From Balanoglossus misakiensis (lineage: Eukaryota; Animalia; Hemichordata), in the NCBI GenBank assembly GCA_040954595.2, contig CM082589.2, positions 11,048,894-11,112,893 of the forward strand: DNA of 64,000 nt, written 5' to 3'. Below are positions 13,055 to 24,989 of the stretch, piece after piece; positions within the stretch are counted from its first letter, which is position 1, and each line of letters opens with the position of its first letter. The notes beneath the pieces were generated by a model that searched no databases, was not told where the DNA came from, and saw only the letters and a program-made list of their open reading frames with translations. The position numbers were made by a program, and so were the translations under genes.

Positions 13055-16000
13055 CAAATAATAACAATTCTTTATTTCAGACTTTAAAAAAAGTCCATAT
13101 ACCCAAAAGAGAGAAGAAAAAAAAACAATAATAATAATCTGACACTGAGACACACACAAAAAAAAACTTACATGATATACAATTGCTTTCGCCAATGTTT
13201 GAAAAATATGCTGTCAGTCGCTCTATCTGATGAACAGATCGCATCAAGTAAAACATTAGAAGAATTTTCGAGTCTACGCTTAAGATGGGTCCCTGGGATC
13301 TTTTTGCTCGTTGCTATGGGCCTTTATAGGACATTACACCCCGATTTGGACTAAGCCGTTTTCAGAGTCTAACAAGGGGCTGGTAACTAGTTGAAAATCT
13401 GCACGATTGTGAGCGCGCGCCCCCTGACGCCATTGATATGAAAATTAGCTAGGTCAAATTTCAAAAGCCTAAGGCTTTTTATTCCGTGACCTCAAAAACG
13501 AACTTGATACGTATTCATTAGTTGCTTGAACCAGGGAAGATCGTGACGGATTTTGTTTTCGAATATTATCGTTGTATCCTAAGATTTCAGCATACCCGTA
13601 CCACACCTGAAAAAGTCATCGATTTTGGGTGTTTTTGGACGCACTCTTCCACCGGTATCGCTTCTTAGCACGACGAAAACCGAAAAAACGATCCGTCACA
13701 CTGTGCGGAAGTGCGTTCTCAACAAGCAGGTCAAATTTGACTGGCGTACGTGGCCTATGAAAAAAGACTTAGGGATTTTCGTGAACGGTACAAAATCTCT
13801 GTGTACAAAACATTGGATTTTTAGCGTTCGATCCAGTTACTGTGGTTACAGGACGCGCACGCTATCGCTGACCGCTGCTTTGCCGTATTAGCGTGGCGGC
13901 CTATGGCCGGGTGGTAGCTGCCGTAAACATACTCGGACAGGGGGTGTGCACATAATCGTGCAGATTTTCAACTAGTTACCAGCCCCTTGTTAGACTCTGA
14001 AAACGGCTTAGTCCAAATCGGGGTGTAATGTCCTATAAAGGCCCACAGCAACGAGCAAAAAGATCCCAGGGACCCATCTTAAAACTGTACATATTGCATC
14101 TAAAAACTTCACCAAGTGACAATACATGTACATGGTTTGTAGCAAACATACCCGATGCACAGCAAAATGGCGGAAGACCGAGAAATCTTCTGCAAACATT
14201 ATTGTACATAGTTTTAAATTTTTTCATCGGTTTAACTTTAAAGGATGCCCACAAACTGCAACAGTAAATATTACTACAATATGCCAAAAATAAAACTTTC
14301 TTCACATCTTGACTACAATGTTGAAAATGTCTCAATAGCATGTTTGCTCTTACACAAAATGCTCTTCTCTGTCGTTCAATATCTTCATTATCACAACCAT
14401 CACAAGATATAACATGGCCCAGATAGGTGTGTACAGGTACAAACTTTAAAGTGATGTCATTAAGTTTAACCGAAGGAATTCTTTGAACGCTCATATTCTT
14501 CCCATTAAAAAGCATGCACACAGTTTTACTAGAATTATAAATGATATCATAATCCTTGCCATAAATTTCACAAATTCTAAGAAGACGGCGTAGACCCTTA
14601 ATACTTGGACTGAGTAGAGTCATGTCGTCAGCGTAACCTAAAGTGTTAGCGCTGACACCACACATGGTACAGCTAACTTTGGCTTTACAGAGTGCATTGA
14701 TAATATCATCAATGTAGACATTAAAAAGATAGGGAGAGAGTACCCCCCCTTGTCTTACACCGTTAGAAACAGAAAACAACTCTGAGGTTTCATTACCCCA
14801 CAACACAGTAAACAATTGATTTCTGTACCATTAATATAAAATTCGTACAGCATACAAGGGAACATTCCTGTCGATGTGCTTGTTAATTATAACCAGTTTA
14901 AAGTGATTAACTCTGTCAAAAGCTTTTGAAGCATCCAGAAAACAAGTAAACACTGGTCTTCCATTGCTGGTGTAGTAGCTAATGATTTCTTTAAATGCAA
15001 ATAAACACAGGTCAGTTGAATGTTCTCGCTTGAAACCAAATTGTAAATAATGAGAGGTAAGAAACTCCTCACAACGAGAAAGTAAAATATGCTCAAAAAC
15101 TTTAGAGAAAACAGTTGCTAGTGCTATCGGCCGGTAGTTACTGGCATCACTACAAAGCTTAGTTTTATCCTTAATAATTGGAACTAAATTAACATTGATA
15201 GCCTCAGTTGGCAGGTAACCATGAACAATCATTGCATTAATACAACAAGTCAAAAAGGGTAAAATAGAGGAGTCTGAGAATTTGAGGTGCTCAGCTAAAA
15301 TATTGTCAATGCCAGCCGTCTTACCATCAGGTAACTTATGTATAGCAGAAATTACTTCGTCTTCAGAAACATACATATCAGAAGAAAATTTAACATACTT
15401 CATTTTCTCCTCGATGTCATTTTTACCAGTCTGAGCCTGGACAGAATTCAAAATATCACTGAAATGCTTGTGCCACATAATTGCAATTTCACTCTCACCA
15501 GTCGCTCCACCTACAGTGTCAGAAAGCGGCGTTTTTCTGCTAGTTTGCTTTCTGACTTCCTCCCAGAAGTCGTTCTGTTTGTGGCAGCGTAAATTATCAG
15601 CCATCTTGTCAGCCCTATTTTGATTCTCAATCTTTTTACAAGCACGTAAAGCATACTAAAAACGAGCTCTGGAAGATTTCATGGTTTCAAAAAGCGGGCC
15701 TTGTTTAGGTTAACCCACATCAACCCATAATAAAAACATGGAACGGGCATAGTCGTGACTTTCTTTTACAAAATCGTTCCAGCCAGGCACAACATGAACT
15801 TTCTGGTGAAACTTACGTCTAATGGTATCTTTTGCAGCACAATTCAATGCGTCCACAATACTACTATAACAAGTATCAATTGCCTGTAAATGCGAAGGGT
15901 CTGTACAGTTCACATTAGTGCAGAATAACTCTTCGGATAAATTAATCTTATCAATCTTGGCTTTGGTACAACCGGTGTAGGCGGATATATTCTGCTGTGA

Positions 16001-16190
16001 CAATTTTTTCCAATCAACTCGAAAATTACATTGCTTGAAGGAACTACTGCTGAAGCTTTCATCAGCAGAAGTGTTGAAATGAACCTCTATTGAAACAGGA
16101 ATATGGTCGGAGTCAACAACATTGCAAAGACTCGAAATTGAAAGAACATTGCTATGAGAAATTTCAGTGGTAACACAGTAGTCAATCCAA
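13055..16190 (-). mobile_element. 5'-truncated, disrupted non-LTR retrotransposon (APE endonuclease remnant plus reverse transcriptase; RTE-X/L2-like, clade uncertain)
   Basis: Minus-strand ORF pieces carry the APE C-terminal motifs WIDY...DSDH (~16190-16100) and RT motifs NYRPIAL, QFGFK, FLDASKAFDRVNH, GVRQGGVLSPYLFNVYIDD and LGYADD. The frame resumes past the MITE (…FKRRLENSSNVLLDAICSS…HWRKQLYIM*, stop at 13168). A CTGAAATAAA 3' tail lies near 13070. Stops and frameshifts separate the pieces. Confidence 0.9.
13284..14078. mobile_element. Non-autonomous TIR element (Kolobok-type MITE, 795 bp) inserted in the LINE RT ORF
   Basis: ~125 bp near-perfect inverted repeats (13284-13408 / 13954-14078), TTAA on both sides (13280-13283, 14079-14082) and GA..TC (RR..YY) termini. 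Removing it with one TTAA restores the RT frame. Confidence 0.88.
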
Positions 16191-16199
16191 ACTCAGCGT

Positions 16200-16847
16200 A
16201 ATTCAATAAAACGCCCTAACACAGCCTGAACTCCGATAATGTGTTGTCCCAAAATTCATTCCGTGGAAAATAATCACTGGTCTGTTTACGTATTTCAGCC
16301 GATTTTCCAAGGACTACTGCAACCCGCCAGAAGTGAGTAGCCTGCTAATGAGATCTCCACAACATAACGTAATGACGGTCAAAGTCCGATGCCCCAGTGT
16401 CCGTCCTCAGCCCACCAAAAAAAGCGAAAAAATATTACAAAAACCTTCTTCTCAAAATCGACGTGGCCTAGGACCTTGAAATTTGGCACAGGGGATTTTG
16501 GCCACATGGTCTACAAAAATCGCGAAAAGAATGTACATGCCCCCATTAACGTGCAAATTAGGTCAATTTGAAAATTTCGCTCGATTATAGCAACAAAGTC
16601 ACGTGACTAATTACAAATTCAAAGGGCTGGTGCACCAGTACTATGGGCCCCAACCACCGTGCCAAATTTGGAAGGCGCACCTGCCGGAATTTCAGAGAAA
16701 AACGGGCGCAAAAAAACGACTCAAGAAGAAAGAAGACAAACTCCAGCAATAACAGAAGGGGACCAAGCGCCTGAGGGCTCTTGGTCCCCTAAATATGGGA
16801 CTAAACTTGACAGATACCCGGAATATTTTCCTATTCAGGATACCTGG
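16200..16847. repeat. Left part of copy 1 of a 1125 bp tandem duplication, split by the giant transposon
   Basis: Matches 35863-36510 (the same 60 aa ORF appears at 16389 and 36052). Contains a hairpin GGGACCAAG…CTTGGTCCC next to a GAA-rich tract, reminiscent of Helentron-type non-autonomous elements. Confidence 0.92.
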
Positions 16848-17191
16848 AACAGCACGAAAACAATTTCCCAATTACCGAAAAACACACTTTTTTCAAAAAT
16901 TTCTACAGAAATATCAGGTTATTAAATTCAGTTATGTTGTACTTGATAATTTCACTGTGAATTTCTGATTTAGTCAAAAGTGGCTGAACATACTGGAAAG
17001 TTAAAGATATTCTTATGGAAATAACTAAATTTAAAATATAACATATTAAGTCATATAATTTTCCATGGTAACTATGTGAAAATGAAGAAGCAAAAGTCAT
17101 TTTATTACTTTTCAAGTGAAATTTCATTAATTGGTCGTTACTAAATTCTTTTTCGAAATATGTTGAGTTCCAACATGTGTCGGCTTGTCAG

Positions 17192-18013
17192 TTGCAAGAA
17201 ATTTCTTGCATGGGTGGGCGTGTCCATTGCAAGAAATTTCTTGCATGGGTGGGCGTGTCCCTTGCAAGAAATTTCTTGCATGGGTGGGCGTGTCCCTTGC
17301 AAGAAATTTCTTGCATGGGCGGGCGTGTCCCTTGCAAGAAATTTCTTGCATGGGTGGGCGTGTCCCTTGCAAGAAATTTCTTGCATGGGTGGGCGTGTGC
17401 ATGGGTGGGCGTATCCCTTGCAAGAAATTTCTTGCATGGGCGGGCGTGTCCCTTGCAAGAAATTTCTTGCATGGGCGGGCGTGTCCCTTGCAAGAAATTT
17501 CTTGCATGGGTGGGCGTGTCCCTTGCAAGAAATTTCTTGCATGGGTGGGCGTGTCCCTTGCAAGAAATTTCTTGCATGGGCGGGCGTGTCCCTTGCAAGA
17601 AATTTCTTGCATGGGTGGGCGTGTGCATGGGTGGGCGTGTCCCTTGCAAGAAATTTCTTGCATGGGTGGGCGTGTCCCTTGCAAGAAATGTCTTGCATGG
17701 GTGGGCGTGTCCCTTGCAAGAAATGTCTTGCATGGGTGGGCGTGTCCCTTGCAAGAAATTTCTTGCATGGGTGGGCGTGTCCCTTGCAAGAAATTTCTTG
17801 CATGGGTGGGCGTGTCCCTTGCAAGAAATTTCTTGCATGGGTGGGCGTGTCCCTTGCAAGAAATTTCTTGCATGGGTGGGCGTGTCCCTTGCAAGAAATT
17901 TCTTGCATGGGTGGGCGTGTCCCTTGCAAGAAATTTCTTGCATGGGTGGGCGTGTCCCTTGCAAGAAATTTCTTGCATGGGTGGGCGTGTGCATGGGTGG
18001 GTACGTCCCTTGC
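17192..18013. repeat. Left subterminal 35 bp minisatellite (~23 units) with a perfect 18 bp palindrome per unit
   Basis: Unit CCCTTGCAAGAAATTTCTTGCATGGGTGGGCGTGT; TGCAAGAAATTTCTTGCA is its own reverse complement. It explains the six repetitive ORFs in the track. Confidence 0.97.
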
Positions 18014-19195
18014 ATTGCAGGAAATATTTTAGACATGTCCCATCTGAAAAAAAATCAAGGCATATCAGTTTTCCTTGTTATAGGTTCACTCTATGTTCAC
18101 AAACTGCTAAGGATGTTTATAAAGTACAGTCTTCTATCAGATTTTTGATAATAAGGTAATAAACAGAACTGACACAAACATGTAATGTTTTTATGGCATT
18201 TATTCAAATGTAAACAGTGTGTAAATAAATGTCAATAACACACTATGTGTCATTCACATTTTCAAGATGGGTTGAAATACTTTATCTGAACCTTGAAAAC
18301 TTAAAAGATATACGGTCACCTATGAAAAATAAACTATAGATACCATGGCAAATTGAGATCTAGCCACCATCTGTTCTTTATAACGGTTAAATATGCCATT
18401 TCTGACATATATGGGCATATATATTGGAGGTGACTGAGGTATGCCTTTAAATACACACATAAGATCAGTAAGTGAAAAATATACATGTAAAATCTTTTAA
18501 GATTTTCCTCATTGAAAATGAAGGATAAAACTCATCTTTAGGCCACTCCTGAAAAATTCTGTATCAGGTAAATGAAATATATTTTGCACTTGTGAATTTG
18601 TTCTTAGTCAATGAAATCATGGCTATTTTTTTCAATTGCATTACACTATAAACCCATACCAAATATGACAATATAATGCTTTGAAATTGAAATAAAGACA
18701 TCCTCAAGATTATTTATACCAACTTTGAGAACTATCAGACAGGCAACTCATTCAGCCTTTTTAGAGAATTTCTTAACAATAAACAGAACTTGTCCCCAAC
18801 TTATATGTACAAATTATTACACAATTTAAATTTGGTTACCATTACACCTGTTCTTAAAAAATGTAGTGACCATGTAACACATGGCATCCGTATACAAAAT
18901 ACGGGAAATTTCGCAGAGAGAAATCTGTCTGAAGTGCCATTCGAAATACACTGAAAGCTTGTTGCGAAAATTAACTGTACAGATTTGTAATGCTTAAAAA
19001 ATTACAGTCAAATTACAGTTCTGAGTGAAAATATACACACAAGTACTACAGTCGTTGAGTGAAATAATGTTCAAAATACAATTTTATCTATTCGGTTATT
19101 CACAAATTATTTGTTGCACACTTTATCAGTGATTTAAAACCAGGTGTTTTCAACTAATGTGAAAAACATAAAATCACTGGTTACACTAAAAACAC

Positions 19196-22100
19196 TCACC
19201 CAGCAGCTTCATCAAGTTCTGAGTACTTTTTCTTCAGTTCATCAGCTGTTGCTTTTTTCAGGCATCCTTTCTTTGTAAGGGTGAAATCCCAAAGAATACA
19301 CGACTCAACAGGAATGGTGTCCACCCATGGCCTTCTGTTGGTTGCAAAGCCATGATATGCTTCCTTCCACATACCATTGTACTTGCCAACTAACCAGTGG
19401 ATGTTGAGCTCACTGTCATTTCTCTCTATAACCTGTGCTATTTGTGGCCTGGCATCATTGTCTGGTGCCCAGACTGCAATCAGCATTCCCTGGTCAACAG
19501 TATCAAAACTGTTCATTTCTTGCACTGCTGGGGCTTCCTGGTCTTTGTTTTGATTACCAATTGTCACCTATTCATCAAAAAGATAGAAGACAGAAGGTCA
19601 TTGCAGATGTTACAAATAATACTGCAATACTGAGTGAATCAGTATTGAGTAGAAACTTTGCACAACCCATTCTGCACAATACAATAGCACATTTTGTAAC
19701 TGTATTTAAATTATACTTATTCTGTTACAGACCAATAAAACACTTACTGGAGGACATGGAGCTGTTAGTTTCTCTTGGATACGCCTCAGTTCCTCTGGCA
19801 TATCTGTAGTATTTTCATTTCGTGCATGTTGTTTTCTAAGTGCTGCTTCTTTTAGTATATGGATCTGCCATCGCGTGGGTACACTGTTAGGAACCTGAAA
19901 GACATATTTTAATACATGTTATAACTTCAATTATAAAAGGGAATGTTGGCAAGGATGGAGTTGAATGTAATTTTAACAGTTGGGTTGGGTTGGGTTGGGT
20001 TATTTTCTATTCAATCAATCAATCAGAGAAATTTGTATAGCGCCAATATCTATAACAAGTGTCATACTCAAAGGCGCTTATGCTCATTAGCCCACACCAT
20101 ATGCTCTTGCGAATCTATGAATCAAAAGCAAATTTTGGTTTTACTACTTCTGGTACGCTAAAACGCCCAGTACATTCCTTGTCTCCCTTGCTTCATGTAA
20201 GTGTAGTCAAAACACATTGAAAAATGCATATGAATGGAATTATATGTAGACCAACCTTCTCCAAGTCTGTTATTTTTTCCATGAAGGTTTTCCAGGTTTG
20301 GACAGCTTGACTGGTCATTCTGTGGGCGAAACCAGCTGGAATGCTCTTTAATAAGCCATCCACGTCTAGTTTCATTAGGCTTGGTACAACCCATTCAGGT
20401 GGTTTATCAATGTTTGGGATAGTCTAAATGAATCAAAGTATATAAATGCATTAGTTGGTTGATTATTTGTTTCATGAAAATATACAGAGAAGAAATGCAG
20501 ACACAACATGGGTACAGATATGAATTACACAATTCAGTAGATAAATCATAATCCCAGAAATATCACAATCCTCTAATTTTCTATTGTACGAAGGTAACCC
20601 GTGTGTGATGAAATAAAACTATATTGTCGCCAAGCTTAATTTTGAGATAAACTGCATTAAATTATTTTGTTCTCAGAATTTAAAATGCCGTGTCAGCATT
20701 TTCCCTCATGATGGAAAAGTTCATGGCCTTGTATCTCAAAAATGAGCACAGATACCCAAACATTTTACTACACATTTAGATAATTACAAAGGAGAATCCA
20801 AAAATTAACAATTTAAAAAAGGGACAATAATTTGTTTTACCACTTGTACACCCTTAATTCTTATAGTGTGAACATGTCATCAAAAGTAATTACTACTTAC
20901 CATCAAACACAGAAGACCAGGAATCTCAACACCATCCTTTGGCATCGGCTGCCATGGATCTGTACACCATTCTCTGTACTGCATATAGGCTTTATCATCC
21001 ACTTTCCTAAAGCGGAAGTTGTGCGGACGGGAATGGCCTTTAAAATCTTTGTGCATGTGAGGAATAAGCCATTCCTTGATATTCAGCAGTTTTGTTGATA
21101 TTGCTACGTTGATGGCTGGTGTGTAGCTGCTTTCAATGATTGAGATTAAATCTGAGAAAATAGGTATAATCAGCAAATGAGTATTTAACATGATGTTGTA
21201 AAATGAAACATAGTGCATACACTTTTATCTGGCCGGCCGGCTGGCCGGTTATCAGTCTAAGAATGTAGACCGTTAATCAGAATATGTTTACCAATGTTTC
21301 AATTACTGAAAAACTGCTAAAGTTATTTACTTTTCAGCTGATCTATTTTATCCCGGCAGCACATTTTCTGTTGAATATTATGCACACTATTTGTGTTCCT
21401 GTTCAGTTTCTTGGATCTGACATCAATTGAAATTGTCTCTGTTCTCTATTGTTCTTATCAACTTACCTTCAACTGTGTAGGCATTTGATCTTTTTAATCC
21501 CACTGAGATCTTTGAAAACATCTGATCAACATTTTCATGCGTATGTCCCACAGGCAGAAAATTCACATAAATCTGTAATGATTACAATAATACGTATATT
21601 GTTAAACTATGAAATCACTGCTTTGAGCATATGCCAACCTCATTTTTTACAAACTAACAATGAAGAATTGTTCTTCATGAATGGTATTCATTTTGGATTT
21701 TATAATTAATGTGCCTAGAATTTACCATAGGTTAAACAATGAAGCACTTACTTCTTCAAATATATCCAGTTGTATCAGCAAGGCCATGAGACTCAACAAG
21801 AATCGGTTCTTGTTCTCCCGGAAACAATTGTCAAGTTGCAAATACAATGTTTTGGCTAGATGATCTTTGGATTCTACCAATACTTCTAGTAGGATATTCA
21901 TGGTCAAGTTGCTGTCGTGTGGAAACTGGTTCATGTCTATATAAACATATGGTATTTTCCCAGATGACACTCCAGTATGCAGTATATTGCCTGTTAAAAG
22001 AAAATTATATTATAGTATAGTGGTGGTAAAATGTGTGGTTTGTGAAATATTGGCAGAACTTCCTTCAGATTAAAATTCACATAATTTCAACACACATACA

Positions 22101-24567
22101 CAAAATGGAAGCTAAACATTAAAGAATATTTATAAAACACTTTAGTTAAAATGTGATATTATGTTGATGGGACTGATGATGAACAAATTTGTTCTTAACA
22201 AATGACTAGATGGAAGTGTACCGATAGTTTAAATGCAAAAAGAGCAATGAAGCAAAGTATCTCTCACTAGTACCTGTAACATGTGTCCGCAATCTCCACA
22301 AATTTGATGTTGCCTTGTCTTCTTTGATCAGGTGGGGTATATCTGTTTTGCTTTGATCCATGCCATCTTGAATGATAGCCATAATTTCATCTGGTTCCCT
22401 TTCTGCTTTTTCACGGTGGTAGTGATAACGCTTGCGTTCATTCCTTTAAAAGAAAAAAAAAAAATTGAGAATCGATTACTAATTTATTGAGATGTGGACA
22501 TACTTCTTTACAAGTTATCAATTTCACATCTATTTCTGCAAAACAAATGAGGTCACACACACACACACACACTCATGTATTGACTGTGCTTATGTGGGTG
22601 TGGTGCAAAAATGTGACTATGGGTTTTTAAAAAAAGATTATCATGGGTACTAACAAAACTGCAATTCAAGGTGAAGTACTTTACAAATCAAAGCACGATA
22701 TCAGCCATTTGTGGTGATCTGTCACCATTTTGATTTATGCGGCAAATGCAAATTTTTGTTCTTCTCCTGAAAGCAAGTTGAAACATTAAATGTTGATATG
22801 TGTAAACTGCATTGTTATTGTTGACAGTTTAATAAATTTCTTGTTTACTTACTCTACTTGTTTCAAGTGAAGTGCAACTAGACCTTTGACTCGACTTCTT
22901 TCAAACTCAGCTCTTGCTTTTGCAAATTGTTCATCCAGCCGAACACATGTTTCACAGCACACAAACTCGCTGCCCTATAAAAAAAAACATGATTAGTGAT
23001 CAGATACATACACTTCGTCAGTCACCCGTCGTAGCCTCCAAAGTCGTGTAAACCGTAGCAATGCGCCCGGAAGAGCCTCGAGCCTGCTACCGGCCATAGT
23101 CACTTCGGACCCTAGCTCTGCGTACAGGTCTGTGCGGTCCCGACGAACACACAGATCTGTACGCAGAGATATTCGTAGCTCTGTGTGGCAGGGCTGTGTT
23201 GTTACGGCGAGCCTCCACCCACACTGTAACAACACAGCCCTGCCACGCAGAGCTAAGATATTCGGACCCCTTCATGTCTTACCTTCGGCAAAGAAGCAAA
23301 ACTGTTGTATTATTGATGTGGTAATACTCGTCAGTTGCATGCGTTAATCATTGAAACTATACGGTGCAAAGAGACGGACATTGGGGACAACGGAAACATT
23401 TTGTATGCCACCGGCATGACAGGAACACAGACAAGCGGTACATTCACCACAAATCTCCGACAAAACAAAGGACAAAATGGCGTACTAGTCAGTATTTTAC
23501 GTCACGCTTGGATGATACCATTGTTTCTAGGAGTGGCGGAGGGTGATCAGTGGGAAATCTTGTGTAAACACATCGGTGCGATCATACAGATTTAAATACA
23601 GGGAAGAATTTGGCACAGTGTCACTGTAAAGTCTTACCTTTCCGATGACGAATTCCCGAAGGTGAATCTTCCATACTCTGCAGAAATAATCGTAACAGAT
23701 CATGTCTCTGGGACCGGCCCCTCGTGAACTGAACTCGTCTTTCATTCGTTGGTAAACCATGAGTTTGGTCCACGAACAGGGAAGGATCACCCTGTTTGCA
23801 TCATTGGGCATGTAGTCGCCCATTCTTTCGAAATAGAAACGCATCCAGGCAATCGCTTCTGTAGTTTTGTCCGTCATGTGACTTTTGCCGGAATTGCCGT
23901 GACGAACAGTCACAATGTCTTGCAGAAATAACTTTTCACATTCTGCAAAACGATAATCAGACACGTTGTATGCCAGTTGCCAAGCCTGTCGACACACTGC
24001 TCTTCCGGCTATTCTCATATTTGTTTCCGCCACAGGTTTTGATTTTATGAACCTCTTGTAAGAATTCTCACGAAAGCATCTTAATATGAACTGTTTCTGT
24101 CTGGACTCGTTCTCTAGGTTTTTCATATGTCGATCACACTCAAGCATTTCGTTTATAGTCAGGTTTCTAAGGCACCAATCTTCACAGCAGGGTTGACGTA
24201 ATACATCAAACGGGTCCCTTACCGGCTCACTGATGCGTCTCTTCTTAGGTGTGGACGTTACACGTTTAGTTAGTGGGTATGCACGTTCAACCGAGTCGAT
24301 GGCGGCAGTTTGTGAACTATAGCACATTGAGTCAGAATCATCATCGGTGCATGAGATGTCATATATTACAATCTCTTCGTTCGGGTTCGTTGCATTATCA
24401 TAAAAATCTTCTGAGGACGAGGACGAATCAAACAGTATTTCTTCCGATGAAGCGGACGAATCAAACAATATTTCTAGGCTTGCCATGTCATAATAGACTC
24501 CAGAGCGACCATGAGTATTTGAGGTGTCACGTTCGGGCTGGTCAGCCGCGTCTGCAGGTCCGGTCAT
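19196..24567 (-). CDS. Sola-like DDD transposase, 9 exons, ~834 aa, with a C-terminal Tudor/SH3-barrel-like domain
   Basis: Exons 24567-23638, 22974-22853, 22443-22274, 21990-21752, 21572-21467, 21151-20901, 20423-20256, 19894-19748, 19567-19196, all GT-AG, total 2505 nt in one open frame. Motifs: CCxxxC…IAGRAVCRQAW…HGNSG…LPxxxTK…YxYFCRVW…CETC, then IIQDGMDQ, LYLQLDNCFRENKN and FLPVGHTHENVDQMFS (three candidate catalytic acidic motifs). The start codon could instead be a downstream ATG. Confidence 0.85.
23113..23255. mobile_element. Two nested hairpin MITEs with TAG..CTA-type ends and 9 bp TSDs (AcademH-like), in transposase intron 1
   Basis: 23176-23255 is flanked by AGATATTCG on both sides. 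23113-23171 is flanked by TTCGGACCC once the second element is removed. Both are largely palindromic. Confidence 0.75.
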
Positions 24568-24989
24568 GTGTCGCGTCGTTAATTAGGCCTACGTGATTCA
24601 CGTGACCAGCGCGCGGCGCGAATGTCTGTCGTGGTTTGCGAGAGGGTCTGTCGCTACCAGTAACTACAGTAGCGGATGTCAGTCCCTTGGGTCAGTTGTA
24701 GTCCGGGACCGACCCCCGCCACTGGAATTGCAGCTGCCGAGCAAGCCGTTACGCAGTCCGCGAAAGTCAAAAGCCATAGAACCAAAGTACATGTAATCAC
24801 TTTTGTCCCAATAAAGTGGAAATCTATACCAATTTGTTTCGCTTGTCCTTCGAACGAAAGAGCGTCAAGAGGTCAATGAAATGTCACTATTAAAGTAATA
24901 CCTATTTTTCAATTAAATGAACACTATAATAACTACGATTGAAGTGTATTTCATGTAATATGCGTACATTAAGAGATCTATTTACGTAA

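Noticed and set aside
17192-18013. CRISPR array (35 bp partly palindromic repeats)
   Set aside because: Units are contiguous with no unique spacers, there are no cas genes, and the context is eukaryotic.
17127-18159. Six overlapping 260-324 aa ORFs, and similar ones at 33562-34887
   Set aside because: Artefacts of stop-free 35 bp minisatellites.
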